This document shows, in pieces, positions 54,345 through 64,000 of a stretch of 64,000 nucleotides of DNA. This stretch comes from Limisphaerales bacterium. Its GTDB lineage: Bacteria > Verrucomicrobiota > Verrucomicrobiia > Limisphaerales > UBA9464. The stretch's first letter is position 1; every line of letters begins with the position of its first letter. Under the pieces are notes generated by a model, which saw nothing but the letters and a program-made list of their open reading frames with translations, searched no databases and was not told where the DNA came from. Location of the stretch: contig OZ260084.1 in NCBI GenBank assembly GCA_965284395.1, positions 595,401-659,400 of the forward strand, given 5' to 3'. A program made the position numbers and the translations under genes.

Positions 54345-55109
54345 ATGAAACTCACCATCGACACCGACGCGAAGACGCTCGTCGCCGAAGGCCCTGCCGG
54401 ACGCGAGGAACTGCCGCTCTACTCCGACCGCGCCTTCGACCTGCTCTCCGACGCCTGGGTCAAGGTCGGCTGGAACCAGCGCTACTCCTACACGTTCTCC
54501 TGGATGGGACGGCCCATCATCCAGCTGCCCGAGGACATGGTCCGCACCCAGGAGGTCATCCACCGAGTCCAGCCCGACGTCATCATCGAGACCGGCGTCG
54601 CGCACGGCGGGTCATTGATCTACTACGCCAGCCTCTGCAAGGCGCTGGGGCGCGGGCGCGTCATCGGCATCGACATCGAGATCCGCCCGCACAACCGGCA
54701 GGCCATCGAGAGCCATCTTCTCGCTCCGTACATCACGCTCGTCGAGGGCAGTTCCACCGCGCCGGAGATCGTCGCGCAGGTGCGCTCGCTCGTGAAACCG
54801 GGTGAGAAGGTCCTGGTTCTCCTCGACTCCAACCACACCAAGGCCCACGTCGCCGCCGAACTCGAAGCCTACCACCCGCTCGTCACCGCGGGCTCCTACC
54901 TGGTCGCCACCGACGGCATCATGAAGGACCTCCACGATGTTCCACGCGGCCAGCCCGAATGGACCTGGGATCATCCCACGGCCGCGGCCGAGGAGTTCGC
55001 CGCCGCCCATCCCGAGTTCGAGCTCGCCCAACCACCCTGGCTCTTCAATGAGAGCGGCCTGAAGCAGAACATCACCCACTGGCCAGGAGCCTGGTTGCGC
55101 CGCCGCTGA
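54345..55109 (+). CDS. cephalosporin hydroxylase (CmcI)-family protein, methyltransferase-like
   Basis: Track ORF trimmed to ATG 54345. FSWMGRPIIQLPEDMVRTQEVIHRVQPDVIIETGVAHGGSLIYYA and LLDSNHTKAHV are typical of the CmcI family found in O-antigen and sugar O-methylation loci. Confidence 0.8.
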   Translation: MKLTIDTDAKTLVAEGPAGREELPLYSDRAFDLLSDAWVKVGWNQRYSYTFSWMGRPIIQLPEDMVRTQEVIHRVQPDVIIETGVAHGGSLIYYASLCKALGRGRVIGIDIEIRPHNRQAIESHLLAPYITLVEGSSTAPEIVAQVRSLVKPGEKVLVLLDSNHTKAHVAAELEAYHPLVTAGSYLVATDGIMKDLHDVPRGQPEWTWDHPTAAAEEFAAAHPEFELAQPPWLFNESGLKQNITHWPGAWLRRR

Positions 55110-55130
55110 TCCCGCTCCTCTCCTGACGCC

Positions 55131-56120
55131 ATGCCCGAGGCCATCACCGTCATCCCGACCTACAACGCGGAGCATTTCCTCCCCGCGACGCTCGACTGCA
55201 TCGCTGCCCAATCTCGCCGCCCCGACCGGGTCATCGTCATCGACAACGGGTCAACCGACAGCACCGAGTCCCTCGTCCGCAACCACCCATCGCTCCGCAT
55301 CGAATGGCTCCGCAACCCCACCAACATCGGGGTCATCGGAAACCTCAACCGCTGCCTCGGCTTTGCCGACCAGACCGACTACCTGCACCTGTTGATGGCC
55401 GATGATCTCGTCCGGCCCGCCTTCTTAGAACGTTCCCTCGCGGGCCTCCGGGACATCCCCGGACAGGCGCTCTCGTACGTCCTCGACGACAAGATAAACC
55501 AGCACGGCCGCGTCGTCCTGCCTGCCGCCGTGCCGGCCGGAGGTCGCGCGCGCACGGTTCCAACCGCCGAGTTCACGCGGCGCCAGGCGACCCTTGAAAC
55601 CGTCCTGCTGCCGGGAGTCCTCTTCAAGACCGACCGCCGCGCGATCCCGGCGCGATTTGGCAACCTGCCACAGGTCGCCGACGGCGTCTTCCTGGCCGAG
55701 TGCTCACATCTCGGAATGACCGTCGTGGAGATTCCTGAAGCCCTCTGCGAATACCGCCTCAGCGACATCAACGCGAGCAGCCGCCATCGCACCCAGATCG
55801 AATCGTTCGTGCGGGACGAATGGCGCGCCATGACCACGGTGGCTGGGTGGATACCTGAGCCGGCGTGGCGACGCCCGATCACCCGTGCCCTGCTTCGCCT
55901 CCGATTCTCCGCCCGCACCGAGGTCAAACGCCAACTCTTCGCCGCTGCGAATCCCGAGTACTCGCGGGAAGTCGATGCCGTGCGTCGCGAGATCGGCGGG
56001 TTGCTGCTGGGCACGGCCGGCGTCGCAGCCGTCCGGGCCCGCGATCTGGTCCGGCGCCTTCAGGGCCTACCCACCCGCCTGCAGGAATTCGAGCGACTGC
56101 AGGACGCGGGCAAGCCCTGA
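55131..56120 (+). CDS. glycosyltransferase family 2
   Basis: ITVIPTYNAEHFLPATLDCIAAQS, VIVIDNGSTDST and LLMADD (DxD-like). Confidence 0.85.
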   Translation: MPEAITVIPTYNAEHFLPATLDCIAAQSRRPDRVIVIDNGSTDSTESLVRNHPSLRIEWLRNPTNIGVIGNLNRCLGFADQTDYLHLLMADDLVRPAFLERSLAGLRDIPGQALSYVLDDKINQHGRVVLPAAVPAGGRARTVPTAEFTRRQATLETVLLPGVLFKTDRRAIPARFGNLPQVADGVFLAECSHLGMTVVEIPEALCEYRLSDINASSRHRTQIESFVRDEWRAMTTVAGWIPEPAWRRPITRALLRLRFSARTEVKRQLFAAANPEYSREVDAVRREIGGLLLGTAGVAAVRARDLVRRLQGLPTRLQEFERLQDAGKP

Positions 56121-56344
56121 CGCCCGACGTCGGCCCGCATGCCGTGCGGCGAAGGCTGCATCTTGTTACTGCCCCCGATTCCGGTGGGGCGAGTCCCTCT
56201 CAAGCCTTTTTCCATTGTGAACTGTGGGCTTCCGTTCGAGGCGGATGCCGAGCCCGGAGCGGCCACCGATCCTCTTACGCGGACTGCCCGTGACAACGGA
56301 AGTGAAGGATATCCCGTACCGGTGCATTGACGTGCAGCCTTGAC

Positions 56345-56356
56345 GCATCATGATGC
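56345..56356. promoter_or_regulatory. 12-bp perfect palindrome GCATCATGATGC 5 bp upstream of the vapB start, preceded by two TTGACG hexamers (56327, 56340)
   Basis: Read directly. The position is typical of an antitoxin-bound operator overlapping the promoter. Confidence 0.4.
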
Positions 56357-56360
56357 TCCA

Positions 56361-56606
56361 ATGCGAACCACGCTGACGCTGGACCCTGACGTCGCCGCAA
56401 AGGCCCGAAAGGGTGCCGCCCGGCTGCACAAGCCCTTCAAGGAGGTGATCAATGCCGCCTTGCGTGTCGGGTTGGATGCGATCCTCACCCCGCCCCCTGC
56501 GAAACCCTACCGCACCCACCCGCGGCCGATGGGGCTACGCAAGGGCTTCAGCTACGACAATATCTCCGAATTGATCGCCGCGGCTGAAGGAGAGGATCAT
56601 TCGTGA
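56361..56606 (+). CDS. VapB-like antitoxin
   Basis: Track ORF (TTG 56340) trimmed to ATG 56361. MRTTLTLDPDVAAKARKGAARLHKPFKEVINAALRVGL (DUF2191/RHH-like). Overlaps vapC by GTGA. Confidence 0.75.
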   Translation: MRTTLTLDPDVAAKARKGAARLHKPFKEVINAALRVGLDAILTPPPAKPYRTHPRPMGLRKGFSYDNISELIAAAEGEDHS

Positions 56607-57034
56607 TTCTCGTGGATGCCAATCTGCTGCTTTATGCCGAGGACAGTCTCTCGGAGCACCACGCGGCCGCGCGGGATTGGTGGGATGAACAGCTGAGTGG
56701 ATCCGAACCCGTGGGCTTGTGCTGGCCTGTGCTGAATGCGTTCATCCGCATCGGTACGAATACTCGGCTTCACCGTAGGCCAATGACGCTCAAGGAAGCG
56801 ACTGACCGCGTGGAGAGCTGGTTCCAACAACCCTGCGTTCGCATCCTCCAGCCAACTGACGAGCACTGGAGCATCTTCCAGGAAATGCTGCATGGCGGTA
56901 ACGCGTCGGGCAATCTGGTTTCCGACGCACAGCTGGCCGCACTCGCCGTGGAACATAACTGCGTGCTCTGCTCCACCGACGCCGACTTCTCCCGCTTCCG
57001 CGGGCTCAAATGGAAGAACCCGTTGGCGCGCTGA
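56603..57034 (+). CDS. vapC: PIN-domain ribonuclease toxin VapC
   Basis: ILVDANLLLYA (first acidic residue), SDAQLAALAVEHNCVLCSTDADFSRF (C-terminal acidic residues). GTG start. Confidence 0.85.
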   Translation: MILVDANLLLYAEDSLSEHHAAARDWWDEQLSGSEPVGLCWPVLNAFIRIGTNTRLHRRPMTLKEATDRVESWFQQPCVRILQPTDEHWSIFQEMLHGGNASGNLVSDAQLAALAVEHNCVLCSTDADFSRFRGLKWKNPLAR

Positions 57035-57035
57035 A

Positions 57036-57389
57036 CCTGAAAGCGGCAGTTGGGTTGTCCACCGATTTCACGGATTGCACAGATGGGCCGGGACTAGAGG
57101 CCTCACCGCGTCGCTGTTTCCAGATCACCCGTGGGGTGAACCTAGAATCGGCAGTTCATTCATCCGCAGATGGCGCCGATTGCGCAGATGGAACGGCAGA
57201 TATGCCAGCACGGGGGCTCGTGCAGACGTCGCCTTGCGGGTAAACGGCACGCCCGATCCAAGCTCCTCATTATCTGCGTCATCTGCGCATCCAACTGCCG
57301 CTTTCAGGGTGAAACGACAGCCCCTCTCAACCGGCTTCCAATCCGTGGAATCGCTGTAATCCGTGGTCCAGGCAACTGCCGCTTTCAGG
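57036..57389. repeat. R5-type repeat complex with two concentric inverted-repeat pairs
   Basis: Outer arms: CCTGAAAGCGGCAGTTG (57036..57052) and CAACTGCCGCTTTCAGG (57373..57389). Inner arms: CCTAGAATCGGCAGTTC (57141..57157) and CAACTGCCGCTTTCAGG (57292..57308). ATTTCACGGATTGCAC / ATCCGCAGATGG motifs are mirrored on the other side. Confidence 0.8.
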
Positions 57390-57413
57390 CTGAGCCCTCA
57401 CAAAGCCCACGAA

Positions 57414-57887
57414 TCACTGATGGGATGGTGGCCACTGCACTCCATTGAGTTCCGCCGGAAGCTGGGTGGGGTCGACGGGATAGTGCTGTTTCAAGTCCAC
57501 CTTGCCGGACTCAAATTCCTTGTCCGGAGCGCCGACGATCAGCCAGAGCACCTCCCCGTCTGAATCGTTGAAGACCTGTCGCAGGACGGAGGGCCCCACC
57601 AGGACACCGCCGTACCGGGGGACCGTCAACGTCTCGTCGCCTACCCGGATCCGGCCCGTGCCTTCGAGGACAAAGTAGAACTCCTCAGCGAGAACGTGCT
57701 TGTGCAGCGTGTTCGCGCTCTGGGGTGGAAGCCGCCAGAGGCGGGCGCCCAGGATCTCGCTTCCCGTACGCTCCAGATAATCCGCATTCGGGATGCGCAT
57801 CAGATTCGAGGGCCGCCAGGTCAACTCGTCCGGCGTGATCAACCGATATCCTTCGATGGTTTTCATCAGGTAGGGGAACTCCGTCAT
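57414..57887 (-). CDS. cupin-domain protein
   Basis: Track ORF 57414..58010 trimmed to MTEFPYL (57887). HKHVLAEEFYFVLEGTGRIRVGDE is a cupin motif-1/2 region. Confidence 0.75.
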   Translation of the reverse strand: MTEFPYLMKTIEGYRLITPDELTWRPSNLMRIPNADYLERTGSEILGARLWRLPPQSANTLHKHVLAEEFYFVLEGTGRIRVGDETLTVPRYGGVLVGPSVLRQVFNDSDGEVLWLIVGAPDKEFESGKVDLKQHYPVDPTQLPAELNGVQWPPSHQ

Positions 57888-58160
57888 TCTGGTTAAGGTC
57901 GGATCGCACCATCCCGCGCGTGGTGTGAATGGCACGCCGTCACAGGTCACCTCCCGGGATCCTGTCACCCCTCCGGGACCTGACGCGCACAGAAAAAGCC
58001 CAGCGCTCACGCGCTGGGCTATCTTCTACCAGTGTTCTTCACCGGTCGCGGCTCAGAATTCGCTTCCAGCTGGATCACGCAAAACGAAGGCAAACCAGTA
58101 ACAGCGCTACCTTCTCCGCGCCTCCGCGCCTCTGCGCTAGAACCATCCCTTCGCCCGAGA

Positions 58161-60794
58161 TCACCCAATGGGCAATCCCGGCTCGCCAACAGCCTCGTCC
58201 TCCTGACCTTCGGAGATGACCGGTGCGATTGCCTGCAACCGATCCTTCGGAGCGAGGTCGATGAGCTTCACGCCCATCGTATTCCGGCCGGCTTCACGGA
58301 TGCCCTTCACCGGGATGCGGACCATCTGGCCGCCGACGGTGATCAACATCAGTTCATCGCCATCCAGGACGGTGAGGGCACCCACGACAGCACCGGTCTT
58401 CTCGCCGGTCTTCATCGTGATGATGCCCTTCCCGCCGCGGGATTGGATCCGGTATTCCTCGAACTCCGTGCGCTTGCCGATGCCGTTCTCGCCGGCAACG
58501 AGCAACGTGGCGTTCGGGTCGACGATGGCGAGGGCGACGACGGCGTCGGCCTTCTCCAGCTCGATTCCCTTCACGCCCGTGGCCGAGCGGCCCATGGAGC
58601 GGACGCCCTCCTCGTGGAAGCGGATGCTCATGCCCTCGCGGGTGATGATGACGACCTCGTTGTTGCCCGAGGTCAGCTTCACGTCCACGAGCGCATCGGT
58701 CGCCTCGATGTTGATGGCGATGATGCCGCCCTTGCGGACGTTCTGGAAATCCGAGAGGGCGGTACGCTTGACCGTTCCCTGGCGGGTGACGAAGAAGAGT
58801 TCGAAGGCCTGCTGCCAAGTCTGCTCTTCCTTGTTGGCGCCGTATTTGGCGCCGACGCGGACGAGAGCCTGGATCTTCTCGTCGGCGCGGAGCTCCAGCA
58901 GGTTGGCGATCGATCGGCCCTTGGCGGCACGCCCCATGTCCGGGATCTCGTGGACCCGTTCCACGTACACGCGGCCCAGGTTCGTGAAGAACATGAGGTA
59001 ATCGTGCGTGGACGCGGTGAAGAGACGTTCGATGAAGTCCGCGTCCTCAGGCGTCGCGGCCTCGCGGGTGGACATGCCGATGACGCCCTTGCCACCGCGC
59101 TTCTGGGAGCGGTAGGAGGCGACGTTCGTGCGCTTGATCAACCCGTTGTGCGTCAGCGTCACGATGACGCCTTCGTTCGCGATCAGGTCCTCGATGGCGA
59201 TGTCGCCTTCGTCCGGAACGATCTGGGTGAGGCGCGGCGTGGCGTGCTTGTCGCGGATCTGCTTGAGCTCGGCCTTGATGATCGAGAGCACGCGGGCTTC
59301 GCGGGCGAGGATGTCCATCAGGTCCTTGATCCGCTCCAGCAACTCCCTGTACTCGGCCTCGACCTTGTCGATTTCAAGGCCGGTCAGTTGGTACAGGCGG
59401 AGTTCGAGGATGGCGTCGACCTGGCGTTCGGTGAGGGAGTAGCGACCGTCGACCAACCGGCCTTCCGAGCGGAGGAAGATGCCCCAACGTTCGACCTGGG
59501 TCTTGGTCCATTCGAAGGCCAGCAACTTCACGCGGGCTTCGTCCCGGTTCTTGGAATTCCGGATGATGCGGATGAACTCGTCGAGGTTGCGCAGGGCGCA
59601 GATGTAACCTTCGAGGATCTCAGCCCGTTCTTCGGCCTTCTTCAGCTGGAAGCGCGTACGCCGGAGGATCACCTCGCGCCGATGCTCGACGTAGCAGTTG
59701 ATCAGGTCCTTGAGATTGAGCGTCTTTGGGCGACCCCGATCGATGGCCAACGCATTGACCGAGAAGCTCGTCTCCAGCTGGGTGTGCTTGTAGAGGTTGT
59801 TGATCACCACCTTCGGGATGGCGTCCCGCTTCAACTCGACCACCACCCGGGTGTTCTCGTCGGACTCATCGCGGATCGCCGTGATCTCGGTGAAGCCCGG
59901 CGTCCGTTCGTTGACGAGGTCCGCGATCTTCTCGACCAAGGTCGCACGGTTCACGTTGTAGGGGATCTCCGTGATGACCAACTGCTCACGGTTGCCCTTC
60001 AACTGCTCGACCCCGACCTTGCCGCGGATCTTCACCGAGCCGCGACCGGTGGTGAAGTACTGCTTGATGCCCTCCATCCCGCAGACCATGCAACCCGTCG
60101 GAAAATCCGGGCCCTTCATGAACCGCATCAACTGCGGGATCGTGATGTTCGGGTTGTCGATCTGGGCGCACACGGCATCGATGGTCTCGCCGAGATTGTG
60201 CGGGGCCATGTTGGTGGCCATGCCGACGGCGATACCGGTGCCGCCGTTGACAAGCAGGTTCGGGAACGCAGCCGGGAACACGACCGGCTCGTGCATCGAC
60301 TCGTCGTAGTTTGGTGCGAAATCGACGGTCTCCTGATCCATGTCCTGCATCAGGACCGCGCCGAGGTGGGTCAAGCGGGCCTCGGTATAACGCATGGCCG
60401 CGGGGGGATCGCCCTCGACGGAGCCGAAGTTGCCCTGCCCATCCACCAACCGCTCGCGCATCGCCCAGGGCTGCGCCATGTGCACCAGCGTCGAGTAAAC
60501 CGCCTGATCGCCGTGGGGATGGTACTTGCCGATCGTCTCACCCACGATACGCGCGCACTTCAGGTGCTTGCGGTTCGGCATCACGCCGAGTTCGTGCATC
60601 GCGTACAACGTGCGGCGCTGGGACGGCTTGAGTCCGTCGCGGACATCCGGCAAGGCCCGCGAGATGATCACGGACATCGAGTAGTCGAGGAACGAGTTCT
60701 TGATCTCGTCGGCGACATTGATCTTGCCGATCTTCTCGTTGGCGGCGTAGGCCGGGGTTCCGGCGCCGCCCTGTGGTATGATTTCGTCGGCCAT
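58161..60794 (-). CDS. gyrA: DNA gyrase subunit A
   Basis: DGLKPSQRRTLYAM, GKYHPHGDQAVY, the active-site region AAMRYTEARL, and C-terminal beta-pinwheel repeats. Confidence 0.97.
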   Translation of the reverse strand: MADEIIPQGGAGTPAYAANEKIGKINVADEIKNSFLDYSMSVIISRALPDVRDGLKPSQRRTLYAMHELGVMPNRKHLKCARIVGETIGKYHPHGDQAVYSTLVHMAQPWAMRERLVDGQGNFGSVEGDPPAAMRYTEARLTHLGAVLMQDMDQETVDFAPNYDESMHEPVVFPAAFPNLLVNGGTGIAVGMATNMAPHNLGETIDAVCAQIDNPNITIPQLMRFMKGPDFPTGCMVCGMEGIKQYFTTGRGSVKIRGKVGVEQLKGNREQLVITEIPYNVNRATLVEKIADLVNERTPGFTEITAIRDESDENTRVVVELKRDAIPKVVINNLYKHTQLETSFSVNALAIDRGRPKTLNLKDLINCYVEHRREVILRRTRFQLKKAEERAEILEGYICALRNLDEFIRIIRNSKNRDEARVKLLAFEWTKTQVERWGIFLRSEGRLVDGRYSLTERQVDAILELRLYQLTGLEIDKVEAEYRELLERIKDLMDILAREARVLSIIKAELKQIRDKHATPRLTQIVPDEGDIAIEDLIANEGVIVTLTHNGLIKRTNVASYRSQKRGGKGVIGMSTREAATPEDADFIERLFTASTHDYLMFFTNLGRVYVERVHEIPDMGRAAKGRSIANLLELRADEKIQALVRVGAKYGANKEEQTWQQAFELFFVTRQGTVKRTALSDFQNVRKGGIIAINIEATDALVDVKLTSGNNEVVIITREGMSIRFHEEGVRSMGRSATGVKGIELEKADAVVALAIVDPNATLLVAGENGIGKRTEFEEYRIQSRGGKGIITMKTGEKTGAVVGALTVLDGDELMLITVGGQMVRIPVKGIREAGRNTMGVKLIDLAPKDRLQAIAPVISEGQEDEAVGEPGLPIG

Positions 60795-60848
60795 GGATTC
60801 GGAGGAAAGTGACTGATCTGAAGGTGGAACGGATCGGACTGCGCTGGC

Positions 60849-63467
<2,619 letters not shown>

Positions 63468-63582
63468 CTAGGCCTCCAGCAGGGCCTCTACGCGATGGGA
63501 AGGGGTGTCTTCGGGAGGCGACTCCCAGTGGTTGTGGAGCACGCCTTGCGGAGGTTCAGGCCGGGCAACCGACAGACCTCGA

Positions 63583-64000
63583 TCAGGGCTTCGCCGCAGG
63601 TGCAGGCTTCTCCACGCCGACGATCACCAACCACGCGTCGTCCCACCGATCCTTGGAATCCCCGCCGTAGCCGATCAAGCCACCTGCCCGAAGCTCCTTG
63701 AGGCCCATCGTCCTGCTGGCCACCTGCTTGGGTTCAGCCCCGGCCTGAAGGCTGTAGATCCGGAGCTCCAACTGCTCATTGGGCAACTCCTTCAACTCCA
63801 CCGCGCACTTGTCGCTCAGGGTGACCTTCTTGGATTCCTTCGCCGAAACGGCGGCGACCTCCGACTTCACCACGAAGTAGTTCTTCCATCGCAACTGCCT
63901 CAATCGTTCGCGGATCTCGGGAGCCAGGACCTTCATGTCCTCGGACTTGGCCTTGGGATCATCGGTACCCCAGACGAGCTGCACCTGATAGCGGGCCTCG
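63583..64000 (-). CDS. hypothetical protein, C-terminal part (5' end beyond the right window edge)
   Basis: The frame stays open upstream of the track start (…EARYQVQLVWGT…) to the window edge. No family recognised. Confidence 0.5.
   Translation of the reverse strand, partial: EARYQVQLVWGTDDPKAKSEDMKVLAPEIRERLRQLRWKNYFVVKSEVAAVSAKESKKVTLSDKCAVELKELPNEQLELRIYSLQAGAEPKQVASRTMGLKELRAGGLIGYGGDSKDRWDDAWLVIVGVEKPAPAAKP

Overview
GC-rich chromosomal segment. Its gene content points to the PVC superphylum, most likely Verrucomicrobiota (inference). The markers are two Pirellula/Verrucomicrobium-type membrane-bound-dehydrogenase/CxxCH proteins, a prepilin-type H-X9-D(G/F) protein, a PEP-CTERM protein, a kinase-WD40 fusion and a giant LamG/Calx-beta protein. 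I can support about 48 protein genes and recognised no rRNA, tRNA or CRISPR array. Left to right: (1) a divergent Ser/Thr kinase next to a translationally coupled operon (dimethylformamidase-like, heme-binding dehydrogenase-like, M48 peptidase); (2) assorted secreted and membrane proteins; (3) a minus-strand pstS-pstC-pstA-pstB-pstB operon followed by a beta-propeller/phosphoesterase fusion; (4) an orphan Phd-type antitoxin and a truncated gene remnant; (5) tcdA plus a cysteine desulfurase, a CE15 esterase and mnmA; (6) glycerate kinase, a NarL-type two-component pair, a STAS protein and fabD; (7) a 2194-aa LamG/Calx-beta/LTD protein; (8) a CDP-deoxysugar cluster (rfbF, rfbG, two TylCIII-like methyltransferases, RfbC-like epimerase, SDR, CmcI-like protein, GT2) split by two unrelated genes; (9) vapBC, a cupin, and gyrB-gyrA. 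I found no recognisable defence island or new multi-gene system. The points most worth a second look are: the two PstB paralogs, whose motif defects are complementary and predict a heterodimer with one active ATP site; a roughly 195-bp MITE-like element in three copies with terminal inverted repeats and TNA flank duplications, which rewrites the 3' ends of two genes; the unusual methyltransferase content and interruption of the sugar cluster; and the many short palindromic repeat families that fill almost every intergenic spacer. All family calls come from motif reading by eye, with no database search. Many track ORFs carry spurious 5' extensions or are antisense artefacts of the high GC content, so I trimmed or rejected them.
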